Below are positions 1 through 10,366 of a stretch of DNA of 64,000 bases, piece after piece; the first letter of the stretch is position 1, and each line of letters opens with the position of its first letter. Below the pieces are notes generated by a model, which was given only the letters and a program-made list of their open reading frames with translations, had not been told where the DNA came from and ran no database searches. Both the position numbers and the translations under genes were made by a program. Origin of the DNA: an uncultured Chloroflexia bacterium (lineage in GTDB: Bacteria > Chloroflexota > Chloroflexia > QHBQ01 > JADMIH01); assembly GCA_963797095.1 (NCBI GenBank), contig CAWCNY010000002.1, forward strand, positions 960,001 to 1,024,000. Direction: 5' to 3'.

Positions 1-1904
1 CAAGGTAGAAGGTAGGTTGTGGGCCTCCTGTCGTGTCCTGTAGCACAATGGCTGTTATCACCCGGCTGGTAGCACCCAGGTCAGATAGAGGTATGCTTAC
101 CTGCCTCCAACTGTTCTGGCCTATGCTCCCACCACTGATGTAGCTGTCCAGCGGCCTCGATGTAAGGTAATTACCGTTGGCATCGGCCACATACACCTCC
201 ATCTGCTGGCCTGAGCTGGACCCACCATTCACCCAGAAGGTGAGGCGGTCATACCCTGTGGTGTTGAACCCACTGCTGCCAAGCTGCAACCCTGCCCACG
301 AACCAGTGAACTGGACGCTGGTAGACCTGCTCCCAGCATGCACATAGGCAGTGCTCGCGAAGTTGATGTTCGACCTCCACGACCAATTCTGCCACCCATT
401 CTGCAACACATCATCATACACTGTTGAGCTAACGCCACTAGCGGGTGTAGCAGTTGGCGCGCTAGTAGCCGTGCGCGTGGCTGTTCGGGTAGCCGTCGCC
501 GAATTGGCAGGCGTTGTACTGGCACCCGGAGTAGACGTGCGCGTCGCTGTACGAGTACTCGTAGCTACTGCGGTCGATGTTCGGGTGGCCGTCGCAGGCG
601 CTGAGGTAGATGTAGGCACAGGTGTGCCTGGGGTTCCGCCCGGCAGAGGCAAAGTGCCACCGCTGTAGTATGCAGCCGCGTTGGCGCGGATGTATCCACC
701 GTCATCGTCCGCCACCGTCGCCACCAGGTTATTCCCGTTGATCGGTGGCGGGTTGGTGATACCGTCGCCCTTAGAATCGAAGTAGTGTGATTGGCTGCCA
801 ACTCCGGCCCCGAACATCACGCCTATCACCCCATAATTGGCCCACAGGCTCATATGAGAGCGCCCGGTCGAAGCGTTCAGGAAGTATTCAGGACGATTGT
901 CCTGGTAGTGCCCGTCTGTGTTGTTTTCCGAGCGATATTGTTGGTTGCCGTTAGGCACCTGCCACATAAGTGCTCGCTTGTTGGTAGCCGAATCGATACG
1001 GCCAAGCCAGGCGGCTATAGTATCGAAACTGGGCTGCTGCGAGCTATCGTGCCACCAGCGGTTCGAGCCTTGCACCAGTTCGTAGTAAGCCGCGTCGCGG
1101 TCCAACGGCGAGAAGAAGTTGAGTGCATAGCCGGGTCCGAAGCTATTGTGGTAAGTCGCTAGGCGATCCGCATGAGCCTGCCAGTTGAAGTTTGGGTCAT
1201 TACGCAAAGAGATAGTCAAATCGGCGCCAGGACCCCATATTGACAGGTCTTGGCCGAGTACCACGTTAGGCGCGTAAAGGTCGCGTAGGTGCGCCAGCGC
1301 CTGCCAGAAGTTGCGGAAGTTATCCGCCATGCCCGCCAGTTCTGGCATCCCTGATCCACCAACCTTGGTTGGTTGAAGGGCCGAGTTGTCGCTGGTGTTA
1401 GATGAGTTCCTGCATCATCACGCCATCCAGGTCAGGCTCGATATTCACGAATGCCGCTTGCCCGTCGTTCATCTGCTGCATCAGGACCTTGAAGTCGTTA
1501 TAGTAAGCCAGCATCGTGGATGCATCGTTCAGATTGCCGTACTCATCGTAGTGAGGGGCCGATTGCAAGATCATGTAGTACACAAACCCGGGCAGGTAGC
1601 CCGCCGAGCGGGATTGCGTTACATAGTTTCTCGCGTAGCTGCTCCCCCATGTCTGCCACCCACCGCCCGTATTCACCCCGCCTGCCAGGTACTGGTAGCG
1701 ATAGTCATACGGAACGCCGGAATGCATATCTGAAAGGTTGCCATTGAAGAGACCATAGCCGAAATGGCTAGGAAAACCTCCTGGAATCGGGGCCAGCGTG
1801 GGGCTGGCCGCCTTAACGGTTGGCAATATCTGCCCGCTCAACCCGGCTGCACCTGCAACGAGAAGAACGGCAATAGCCAGTAATATTCGAATGCGCTTGT
1901 TCAA
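1..1904 (-). pseudogene. Secreted putative glycoside-hydrolase-like protein + Pro/Thr linker + CBM-like domain; 1-bp frameshift at ~1409; runs off the window start
   Basis: TTG start after AAGGAG; signal peptide; YDYRYQYLAGG and NIEPD motifs. The first frame stops at 1398, but removing one base at 1409-1410 continues an open frame (NSSNTSDNS...MWQVPNGN...DDDGGY...PT-rich linker...VYDDVLQNGWQNWSW...TFYL) to position 2. Could be a sequencing error. Confidence 0.7.
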
Positions 1905-2402
1905 TTTAACTCCTTTCACCCGCAAAGCCGTGTAAGACGTAGTTTGTATGGAGAGCCTTACCAGGGGGGGTGGTTATGCGCCGTGTATGCTTGGAGCGGC
2001 GATGAACATACAAGTTAAAGCAGCAGGCATGCCAGGTCCGGCGAACAGCCCTGTGCATGAATCCGCGAGCCTATTTTTGCGCCTGGGAAAGGCAAGCGCC
2101 TGTCGATGGGCACTTGCATCGATAGCGCTAGACGCCCTGAAAATCCTGTGGAATACTCGGTTGCTTGTCTAGCCTGTAAACTCTACCAAACGGCAACAGG
2201 CAGCCGCAATAGGAATTCTAGTGCAAATCGCGTAACCATCTGCACTAAGATTTCCTACGTAATCATCCGTATGAAGCGTCTGCCAGTGCTCACTCTGGGA
2301 CTAACGGCCATCAATTGATGGCGAAAACCACAATTCTTGAAACCGCTTCCGCCTCCGCGTTGTACACTCTCAAGGGGGATTATTTTCACCGGGGAGGAGC
2401 AA

Positions 2403-3347
2403 ATGGCAAATAAGCGGCTATTTCGTTTCGGCGTGTGCCCTGGGAGCGCGCAATCGCGCAAAGACTGGGTCGAGCAGGCACGCAAAGCCGAGGACCTGGG
2501 ATACTCAACATTTCTCTTTCCCGATCACTTCGTAAACGACCTCACCCCCGTCCCGGCCCTTTCAACAGCCGCCGAAGCCACCCGCACCTTGCGCGTAGGT
2601 AGCTATGTATTCGACAATGATTTCAGGCACCCGGCCATGCTCGCGAAAGAGGCTGCCACCCTCGACCTCCTCTCGGATGGGCGCTTTGAGCTAGGCATAG
2701 GCGCAGGCTGGCACGGCCCTGACTATGAGCAGACAGGTATACCATTCGACCCGCCGGGTGTGCGCGTCGGCAGGTTGGAGGAAGCCGTTGCCATAGTCAA
2801 AGCCTTATTCGGAGAAGAGCCGGTTACTTTCTCAGGCAAATACTACACCATCAATGCCCTGCTAGGACTCCCCAGGACCGTGCAGCGCCCCCACCCGCCC
2901 ATTTTCATAGCGGGTGGGGGCAAACGCGTCCTCTCCCTGGCCGCGAGAGAGGCCGATATTGTGGGCCTGCACCTCAGGACCTATGCCGATGGCAGTGGAG
3001 GCGATGTTACAAGCACCTCAGCCGATGCTACCCTCGAAAAACTTGATTGGGTTCGCCAGGCCGCGGGCGACCGCTTTGACCAGTTGGAATTCAACGTGCT
3101 GGTTCCCCGCATCGCCATTAGCGACAATCCCAGGCAAGCAGCAGATGAGATGGCCTCCAGGGCCAACCGCCCCGGCCTCACGCCCGAATTGCTGGCAGAA
3201 ACCCCCAACGCCCTCATCGGCACGGTCGGCAGCATTATAGAGACTCTTGAGATGAGGCGCGAGCGTTACCTCATCTCATACATAGCCATTCCCTACGATG
3301 ATATGGAGAACTTCGCACCGGTCGTCGCCCGCCTGAGCGGCAAATAG
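2403..3347 (+). CDS. LLM-class (probably F420-dependent) oxidoreductase
   Basis: GAGGAG RBS before ATG 2403; motifs FPDH, DNDFRHPAMLAKEAATLDLLSDGRFELGIGAGW, PPIFIAGGG. Confidence 0.88.
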   Translation: MANKRLFRFGVCPGSAQSRKDWVEQARKAEDLGYSTFLFPDHFVNDLTPVPALSTAAEATRTLRVGSYVFDNDFRHPAMLAKEAATLDLLSDGRFELGIGAGWHGPDYEQTGIPFDPPGVRVGRLEEAVAIVKALFGEEPVTFSGKYYTINALLGLPRTVQRPHPPIFIAGGGKRVLSLAAREADIVGLHLRTYADGSGGDVTSTSADATLEKLDWVRQAAGDRFDQLEFNVLVPRIAISDNPRQAADEMASRANRPGLTPELLAETPNALIGTVGSIIETLEMRRERYLISYIAIPYDDMENFAPVVARLSGK

Positions 3348-3420
3348 CCTGGCGACCGGTGCGATAACCGTACCCCGTAGCACCCTAAACGGAAAACATC
3401 TAGTCTGGTAGATCAACCGT

Positions 3421-3759
3421 CTACCTTGCCTCACTGTCTCCCCTTTTCAAGACTATCTCTTTTGCAATCGTGGCGGCGCTCATTGCGGTCGGCCAGCCCG
3501 AATAGCAGGCCAGATGGGTGATCGCCTCCACCAATTCATCCTTTGTAACGCCATTGTCCAATGCTCTTTCGATGTGGCCTCGCGGCTGTTCAGTGCGGTT
3601 TAGAGCAATCAGGGCACTCACCGTTACCAGGCTGCGGTCACGCTTTGCCAGGCCTGGTCGCTCCCAGATATCGCCAAAGAGGACATTGTCTGTCAATTCG
3701 ACCAGCTTAGGCGCGAAATCGCCGACCATCTTCTGAGCTTTAGAGGGTTCTTGATTCAT
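3421..3759 (-). CDS. Carboxymuconolactone decarboxylase (CMD/AhpD-like) family protein
   Basis: LFGDIWERPGL..RDRSLVTVSAL, HIERALDNGVT..ELVEAITHLA.YSGWP. Confidence 0.88.
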   Translation of the reverse strand: MNQEPSKAQKMVGDFAPKLVELTDNVLFGDIWERPGLAKRDRSLVTVSALIALNRTEQPRGHIERALDNGVTKDELVEAITHLACYSGWPTAMSAATIAKEIVLKRGDSEAR

Positions 3760-3808
3760 GTTTATTACCCCTTTTGGTGGCGCCTCAGCGTCGAGGATGC
3801 TAGCAATG

Positions 3809-4840
3809 TTAGGGGCGAATCATTACCTTGATAGCTCGGCGCTCGTTCATAGCGGCGTATCCTTCGGCCACTCGCTCCAGTGGTAACTCCAAGTCGAATA
3901 CACGCCCAGGGTTGATGCGACCCTCCAGAACATCGCCGAGGAGTTAAGGGATATAGCGGCGCACCGGTGCTACGCCGCCGCGCAACCCGATGTTCCGGAA
4001 AATCACGGTCTGGATAGGCACCTCGACACCGTGAGGGACCCCCACAACGCCGACAATTGAGCCAGGTCGCGCAATGCCGAACGCCGTCGCCATGGACTGG
4101 CCGGAACCGACACATTCAAGACGAGCATCGACGCCAACCCCATCCGTCAGTTGAAGAACTGCCTCGATCGCTGCGTCGCCTCGCTCGGCCACAATGTCCG
4201 TCGCACCAAAAGACCGGGCCAGCGCCTGGCGGGCCGGGTTACGGCTAAGGGCGATGATCCGAGCGGCGCCCAGCCGTCGCGAAGCAATGATAGCGCATAG
4301 ACCTACGGCGCCATCCCCTACAACACCCACTACACTGCCTTGCCTGACCCCAGCACTCACAGCAGCATGATGGCCGGTGCACATCACGTCGGAGAGCGCG
4401 ACAAGAGAGCGCATTGTTTCGTCCGAATGGCCGGAGCCAGGAACCCGGACGAGCGTGGCGTCGGCGAAAGGCACGCGCACAGCCTCCCCCTGGCCTCCGT
4501 CCATGCCGTGGTTCCCAAACGAGCCACCTGCAACGCAGTTCGACGGCCATCCAGCGCGGCAGTTTACGCACGTGCCATCGCAGTAGGTGAACGGGGCTAT
4601 TACGAGATCGCCTTTAGAGATCCCCTGCACCTCCGCCCCGACATCCTCTACCACACCGATGAACTCGTGGCCGATTGGACCAAGAGCGTGTGGCGACTCC
4701 CCACGGTAGTACCACAGATCTGAGCCGCAGATGCAGCCTAGCACCACCCGAACTACGGCGTCAGTTGGCTCAACAATCACGGGATCAGGCCGCTCACCGA
4801 CTTCTATCGAGTAGGGGCCGCCATAAATAGTCGCATTCAT
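3809..4840 (-). pseudogene. Zn-dependent alcohol dehydrogenase with an in-frame nonsense codon at 3944-3946
   Basis: CGSD, GHE, CxxCxxC, GDGAVG motifs. After RRYIP-TAA the same frame continues LLGDVLEGRINPGRVFDLELPLERVAEGYAAMNERRAIKVMIRP to a TAA at 3809, which is the normal C-terminus of the family. Confidence 0.85.
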
Positions 4841-4887
4841 GGTTGTTTCCCTCCATTACATCGGAGCAGATATTCGAGCATAAGGTC

Positions 4888-4918
4888 ATTATATGCAAGT
4901 TAGAGCGCTCTAAGTCAA
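4888..4918 (-). promoter_or_regulatory. MerR-type (AdhR/NmlR-like) promoter: TTGACT-19 bp-TATAAT with dyad TTAGAGCGCTCTAA
   Basis: Near-consensus -35/-10 with the elongated 19-bp spacer and a perfect 14-bp palindrome (4900-4913), upstream of ADH-CMD. Confidence 0.8.
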
Positions 4919-5062
4919 GAGCCAGTTTTTTCTAGTAGACGGCAAGAGGCATCGCGGAAGCGGTGAATTCGCGCACCTGCATGATAGCAAGTTGACCAGC
5001 CAAGGTTATAGATCTCGAAAAGACCTACATTCGTGCTCAGATGTTTATTACAAACAAAGAAG

Positions 5063-5104
5063 AAGCCCTACCAAAACGGTAGAGCTTTTGGGCGGAAGTG
5101 ACGG
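5063..5104 (-). repeat. att-like copy of the tRNA-Asp 3' end plus a degenerate copy of its downstream hairpin
   Basis: aagccctaccaaaacggtagagcttttgggcggaagtgacgg vs aagctctaccaaaaggtagagcttttcggcggaagcgacgg at 14544-14584. Confidence 0.8.
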
Positions 5105-5233
5105 AGATTGCACCGTCACTTACGATCTTTCCAGCCTCAAGTTGCATCAGCAGCAAGAAATCGTTGAACCTATTCTACTCTTGCCTCATCCGAAAAGTCA
5201 AGGTCGGTATGCTGTACGGGTGCGCGCCATCGT

Positions 5234-6740
5234 TTAGGCGACTTTTCTGAGAGGGCGAGTTTTGGGCCAGCATTGCTCCCACCTCTCACTGAGCAGTTCG
5301 GCTCTCAGTGTCAGCACCCCTTGTGCTCCTGGTTTGCTCCAACACATGCCTGCTCCCTTGAGACGGGCACCAATCAGCCGCTTGCATGCACTCTCCACCG
5401 TGCCTGAACCAACTGGGAAGCCCAATGCCCGGTACTCGGAGTAGCGCATCCTCTCTTTGTTCGTCTGAAAGTAATAAATCTGCTCTCGTGCCGCTTCTCC
5501 CGCCTCCCCTTCACGTTTGCTCTCTCTGTGTAGAGCCACAATGACTGCTTCTACCCTTCCCTCCCATAATTCCTTCTCCCAACGCTTCACCCATCTTGCG
5601 GCGTCTGGTGTGCCCTGCCCGAAGATACCATTACCTGCTTGCCACAGGTGCTCCATGGCGTGATACCAGTCGAGTACCTCTACCCTGTTGGCAAAGTGCT
5701 CATCGAACTGTATCCAGTTGGTGGGTGCCCCATCTCCCAGACATACAACCTGCTCCTCAGGGCCTATCCCTCTCCTCCATGCTTCAGCACTCAACCGCTT
5801 TCCTGCCCGCTCCATCGAGCCGACCTCCGCCACATAGCTCTGATGGGTGGCTCTTGCCCCCTCTATCTCTCCTGCTTCGTTGTATGCAGGCTCGGCCCAA
5901 AACACCACTCCCGCTTTAGCGTCATGCCACCCATCTTCGTAGCGCACCTTGCCAGCGTCCAGCGTCGCCGCCCATGTGCCCAAGCCCAATGCTCCATCTG
6001 CAACCTTTGAACCTTTCTGAGAGGTGGGACTTGCCCCTAGCGTTTGATCTTCTGCTTGCAAGCTCTCCTCTCCTCTTGCAAGCTCTCCTCTCCTCTTGCA
6101 AGCTCTCCTCTCCTCTTGCAAGCTCTCCTCTCCTCTTGCAAGCTCTCCTCTCCTCTTGCAAGCTCTCCTCTTGCAAGCTCTCCTCTAATGTAAGCCCCCT
6201 CTGTTCAGTCATGCGCTCGGCTTCTCTTGGAGAGACCGACATGCCAGTGAGTACCTCCACTGCATGTGCAGCCTGCTCGAAAGGCATCTGCACACCCAGC
6301 AGGCACACTCCTTGTTGCACTCCGTCCGAGAAGTGTTCCCGTGCGGGTATGCCTAGAGCCTCATCCAGCGGGTAGCGTCCGGTGCCACACCCTTTACAGT
6401 AGAAGTAACCTCTCTCCAATGTGACCGTGCCTACCCATGTTTGCACAGTGCGCCGCTGCTTACCCTTGTACTGGGGTGTCTGCCCGCAGTCACACTGCTT
6501 GTGCCCAAGCAGCCATTCTTCCTCTATCATGGCACGATGCAGTTGGGCTGCGGCTTCTAAGGCTGAGGCGAAACAGTCCGAGCGCAGTTGACGTGCTCTT
6601 TCTTCGAGACTGCTCAAAGTAGCATCCGGGTTGCGTTGAGCATATATCCAAAGTTGTTTGACGAGCCCCTCAAATTCCTTCACAATACTAGTGAGGGCAG
6701 GTGACAGGTCGCAAACGGCCTGAAACTCGCTACTCTGCAT
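5234..6740 (-). pseudogene. DDE transposase, frameshifted within an internal tandem repeat
   Basis: N-terminal part has a CxC..YFYCxxC Zn finger; C-terminal part has DGA..W, DWYHAMEHL, GSGTVESACK, R.KGAGM.W. The two frames meet across the repeat at 6056-6185. Confidence 0.85.
6056..6185 (-). repeat. Tandem repeat: 2x15 bp (GAGGAGAGCTTGCAA) + 5x20 bp (GAGGA + the 15-mer)
   Basis: Counted directly; 130 bp total. Confidence 0.92.
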
Positions 6741-7038
6741 GATACCCTCCAGGATTTCGGCCTTAGCCGGGATGTCTTCACCTAGAGGGTATCATTTTTC
6801 TTTCCTTCCTAAAAGATGGCGCGCACCCATGCTGTACCACTTACCCAAATACCTAAAGAGCAATGGGAAGACGCGGTCCAGCGCCATAGGAAAGGCGAGA
6901 GCTTGCGGCAACCGGCAAAGGAATATGGAGTTTCACACGAAGCTATTCGGCAAGTTCTGATGCGATATGGCAGTCACGAGTTGTAAGGCTTCCCTGGGTA
7001 TCAGGAATACGTCCATTTGAGGATAAAGGTATAGGCCG

Positions 7039-9861
7039 TTAATTCAGCATCTTGTCTGGCTGAGTACGCACAATCACTGCATAAGCTACAGCGGCTTCCA
7101 TGGACATTGCCAACCCCGCTCGCCATGCCCGATCCCACGCGGCCTCGTCTAGCTGTGCCCTGGCGCTTGCCAGATGCCTGTCCCGCTCAATCTGCTCTGC
7201 TGGCCACATGTAAGCCCCTATTGCCGAGCGCAATCCTTCGGAAGCTCCAAAGAGGCGTGCCGCTCGCGTTGGATCGCCTTGCGCGCCCGCCAACGCCGCG
7301 AACCCGGTCAGGCACTCGGAGATGCCCTGTTTGTTGCCGATCTCTTGATGGAGCGTCAGGCTCTCCTTGAATAATGCCCCTGCTTTTGGGTAATCCCCTT
7401 TAGCAAGTGCTACATAGCCCAGGTTGTGTAGCACACCCGGGATATCGCTCGTCCCCCCTTGATCCTGGAACAAAAGCAGACTTTCCTCATAGAATGAGCC
7501 TGCTCGCGGGTAATTGCCCTCGATACGCGCTATATCGGCCAGCAAGGCGGACGCCTGAGCCATCCCGTAAGGATCTCCCACTTCTCTGGACAGCGCCCTA
7601 CATTCCTCCCAAGTGGACCTGGCTACTGAGTAATCTCCATGCATGAAAGACAACATTCCCGACGACATCAGCCCAAGTACCAGCCCTGGCTTGCCTTCGT
7701 CTCCTAGCTGGCGGAACAGTTTCACCCCTTCTGAATTTATCGTGCGTCCTTCCTGGTCTCCTCCAAACGCCATAGTGACTCCCAAACTAGAACGTGCATA
7801 TGCCAACCCTAGCTTATCTCCCAACTCTCGTGAGATAGCTGTGCTTTCCTCAAGCAGAACCTGCCCCGCCGAGGGGTCGCCCTGCAAAAAGGTCATGTAG
7901 CCTGCGGCGTACAAGGCCCTTGCTCGTAATTGGGTAGGCTCCGGCACACCCGGCAATAGCGCCTCCATCCACCGCCGCCCTTCACTCAGGTGGCCTCGCA
8001 TCTGCCAGAAAAGATGGAGCGCGGTGGCGATGCCCAAACCTACCTCTTTATCACCTACGCTGCTGAGGCTCCATTGGAGGGCTGCCCGCATATTGTCGTG
8101 TTCGGTCTCCAGCCTTTGCGCGGCTTCCTTCTGCCTTAGGGTCTGAATAAGCGGTGCGCATTCTTCGGCCACCTGCAGAAAGTAGTAAGCATGTGCTCGT
8201 CGCATGATGCTTATCTCGCCCCGCTCTTCCAGGCGCTCCAGCGCGTACTCGCGTATTGTCTCCAGCATCATAAAGCGAGATTCAACATGTGTGCCATCAA
8301 CCTGGCGTAGCAGGCTCTTATCATTAAGTGAGGCTACTCCGTCGAATATATTCATTTCGAAGGGGGCCAGTTCGTCCGGCGTAGAACCAGTATGGGTGGG
8401 CAACGAACGGCCTGCAGCAACAGCCTCAGCCGCCTCGAAAGTGCAACCGCCCATGAAAACGCCCATTCGGCGAAATAAGGTGCGTTCGTCGGACGATAAC
8501 AGATCGTAGCTCCAACCGATCGCGCATCGCAATGTCTGCTGACGAGCAGGCAGGTCACGCCCTCCACCAGTCAACACTTTCAGGCTGCTCTCCAACCTGG
8601 ATAGGATAGCCTGTGGAGTAAGGAGCTTAACTCGGGCCGCCGCCAACTCGATTGCCAGCGGCAGCCCATCAAGACGAACACAGATCTCGGCTATTATCGG
8701 GGCATTTTCGTTCGTCAGATCGAAGTCCGGTTTTACATCTCTGGCGCGCTCGATGAACAGGCGAACACTTTCAAAATCGGTCAGGTTCTCCAACGTGGGA
8801 GAATGGCGTAGGTCTGGCAGTTGCAAAGGAGGTGCCGGGAACTCTTTCTCACCGTATATATGGAGCACCTCGCGGCTCGTGACTAGCACCTTCAATTGAG
8901 AAGCGTCAGACAATAGTTCGCTCACTACCTGCCCCGCGCTGGACACCTGCTCGAAGTTGTCCAATAAGAGCAATAGCTCTTTCTGACCCAGATAGGCTTT
9001 CAAGCTTTCTATGATAGGCCGATTCCCATCTCCCATGAGGCCAAGTGTCTTAGCAATAGCTACCGGCACGAGGGCGGGATCGGTCAAAGCAGCTAGGGGC
9101 ACAAAGAAGACCCCATCACGAAAGCGGTCGAGCAACATTTCGCCCACTTGAAGTGAGAGGCGAGTCTTACCCGTGCCACCTGGGCCTGTGAGGGTTACAA
9201 GACGCACTTGCGGTCTGGCAAGTATCTCCTGCGTTAGCTCGACTTCCTTCTTCCTACCAATGAAGTCGGTTCGCTGAACCGGCAGATTGTTTGGGCGTGT
9301 ATCCAGCGTCTTGATGGGAGGGAAATCAGAAGGCAGATCGTCAACAACCATCTGGAAGACATGTTCCGGACGTTGCAAGTCCTTCAACTTGTGATCTCCC
9401 AGGTCGCGCAATCCGACCCCCTCCGGCAGATTATCGAAAACCAACTGATAGGTCGCACCAGTAAGCAAGATCTGTCCCCCATACCCGACAGCGAGCAAGC
9501 GCGCTATGCGATTCAGATGTGGTCTAACGTAATCACCTTCCCTTACCTCACCGGGACCGGTATGCAAAGCCATTCTCACCTTGATTGGAGCTACGCGGGG
9601 GTCCCATCTCTCTTGATGCAAAGCGCGCTGCGCGGCGAGCACCGCGCCCAGGGCCTGGGGCGCTAATACGAAGCAAGCGCAGAACGCATCGCCCATCCTT
9701 CTGAAGACTACGCCTCTGAATGCTTCGATGGCTTCCTGCAGTATGGCATCATGTCTCTCGACGGCCGCCTTCATGGCGCCCGGATGCTGCTCCCAGCGCA
9801 CGGTGCTGCTCTCGATATCAGTGTACAGGAACGTCAGAGTTCCAGTTGGTAGTTGCAACAT
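7039..9861 (-). CDS. Class III nucleotidyl cyclase domain + STAND/NB-ARC ATPase + TPR protein
   Basis: TFLYTDIESST, MGDAF, RMALHTG; GPGGTGKT, LLLLDNFE, LDGLPLAIELAAARV; C-terminal TPRs. Confidence 0.9.
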   Translation of the reverse strand: MLQLPTGTLTFLYTDIESSTVRWEQHPGAMKAAVERHDAILQEAIEAFRGVVFRRMGDAFCACFVLAPQALGAVLAAQRALHQERWDPRVAPIKVRMALHTGPGEVREGDYVRPHLNRIARLLAVGYGGQILLTGATYQLVFDNLPEGVGLRDLGDHKLKDLQRPEHVFQMVVDDLPSDFPPIKTLDTRPNNLPVQRTDFIGRKKEVELTQEILARPQVRLVTLTGPGGTGKTRLSLQVGEMLLDRFRDGVFFVPLAALTDPALVPVAIAKTLGLMGDGNRPIIESLKAYLGQKELLLLLDNFEQVSSAGQVVSELLSDASQLKVLVTSREVLHIYGEKEFPAPPLQLPDLRHSPTLENLTDFESVRLFIERARDVKPDFDLTNENAPIIAEICVRLDGLPLAIELAAARVKLLTPQAILSRLESSLKVLTGGGRDLPARQQTLRCAIGWSYDLLSSDERTLFRRMGVFMGGCTFEAAEAVAAGRSLPTHTGSTPDELAPFEMNIFDGVASLNDKSLLRQVDGTHVESRFMMLETIREYALERLEERGEISIMRRAHAYYFLQVAEECAPLIQTLRQKEAAQRLETEHDNMRAALQWSLSSVGDKEVGLGIATALHLFWQMRGHLSEGRRWMEALLPGVPEPTQLRARALYAAGYMTFLQGDPSAGQVLLEESTAISRELGDKLGLAYARSSLGVTMAFGGDQEGRTINSEGVKLFRQLGDEGKPGLVLGLMSSGMLSFMHGDYSVARSTWEECRALSREVGDPYGMAQASALLADIARIEGNYPRAGSFYEESLLLFQDQGGTSDIPGVLHNLGYVALAKGDYPKAGALFKESLTLHQEIGNKQGISECLTGFAALAGAQGDPTRAARLFGASEGLRSAIGAYMWPAEQIERDRHLASARAQLDEAAWDRAWRAGLAMSMEAAVAYAVIVRTQPDKMLN

Positions 9862-9936
9862 GGTGAACGCATAATAGCAAAAACGTCCGACTTTGGCACG
9901 GGTACAAACAGGTGTTCCCCTACCCTCTTCAGAATA

Positions 9937-9970
9937 CAAGTAAGCCAGTGGCATACCACTGGCTTACTTG
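9937..9970. terminator. Perfect 15-bp hairpin next to the second att copy
   Basis: CAAGTAAGCCAGTGG-CATA-CCACTGGCTTACTTG. Confidence 0.65.
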
Positions 9971-9978
9971 ACATAACT

Positions 9979-10236
9979 TGCGGAAGCGACGGGGATTGCA
10001 CCGTCAATTACGACTTTTCGTCTCTAAACCTGCACGAGCGACAAGAAATCCTTGATCCTATCTTATTCTCACCACGCAAGAAAAGTCAAGGTCGGTATTC
10101 CATGCCCCTCACACACATTCCGGAGGAGCAATGGGAAGAAGTGGCTCAACGCCACGTGAACGGCGAGAGCCTGCGCCTGTTAGCGAAGAGCTACGGAGTC
10201 TCGCATGAAGCTGTGCGGCAGGTTGTCAAGAGATAA
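9979..10236 (+). pseudogene. Headless HTH-domain ORF starting at the att site (copy 2)
   Basis: CGSDGDCTVNYDFSSL...SQGRYSMPLTHIPEEQWEEVAQRHVNGESLRLLAKSYGVSHEAVRQVVKR*; HTH signature GxSLRxLAxxYGVSxxxVRQ. A short HTH from the internal ATG may still be expressed. Confidence 0.7.
9980..9993 (-). repeat. att-like 14-bp direct repeat of the tRNA-Asp 3' end
   Basis: GCGGAAGCGACGGG is identical to 14572-14585. Confidence 0.8.
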
Positions 10237-10298
10237 CTCCACTATTGAGGAGTAGTGAGACTTAGGAACGTCGATAATTCTGAAATAGTCCGGAAAAT

Positions 10299-10335
10299 AG
10301 CCAGTCCTGACAGAGATAGTTCCTCAGGACTGGCT
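10299..10335 (-). terminator. 12-bp stem-loop after the cupin gene
   Basis: AGCCAGTCCTGA...TCAGGACTGGCT, followed by a T-tract on the minus strand. Confidence 0.55.
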
Positions 10336-10366
10336 GGGTTAGAGTACGGTGAGCATACCTCTTCTC

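Larger units (their letters stand above)
5218..6828 (-). mobile_element. Mutator-like IS (ISKra4/ISLre2 type), copy 1, 1611 bp
   Basis: 21-bp terminal inverted repeats GGGTGCGCGCCATC(T/G)TTTAGG; 9-bp target duplication ATGCTGTAC (5209-5217, 6829-6837). Confidence 0.93.
5091..6986 (+). pseudogene. Headless HTH-domain ORF starting at the att site (possible integrase C-terminal tail), interrupted by the IS
   Basis: Removing the IS and one target duplication gives GGSDGDCTVTYDLSSL...SQGRYAVPLTQIPKEQWEDAVQRHRKGESLRQPAKEYGVSHEAIRQVLMRYGSHEL*, a paralog of 9979-10236. Confidence 0.7.

Noticed and set aside
2344-2353. CGCTTCCGCC matches the tRNA-Asp 3' end (possible further att site)
   Set aside because: Only 10 bp, in the opposite orientation, with no hairpin or HTH tail; compatible with chance in 64 kb.
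6056-6185. Tandem repeats as a CRISPR array
   Set aside because: No unique spacers, no cas genes, and the repeats lie inside a transposase.
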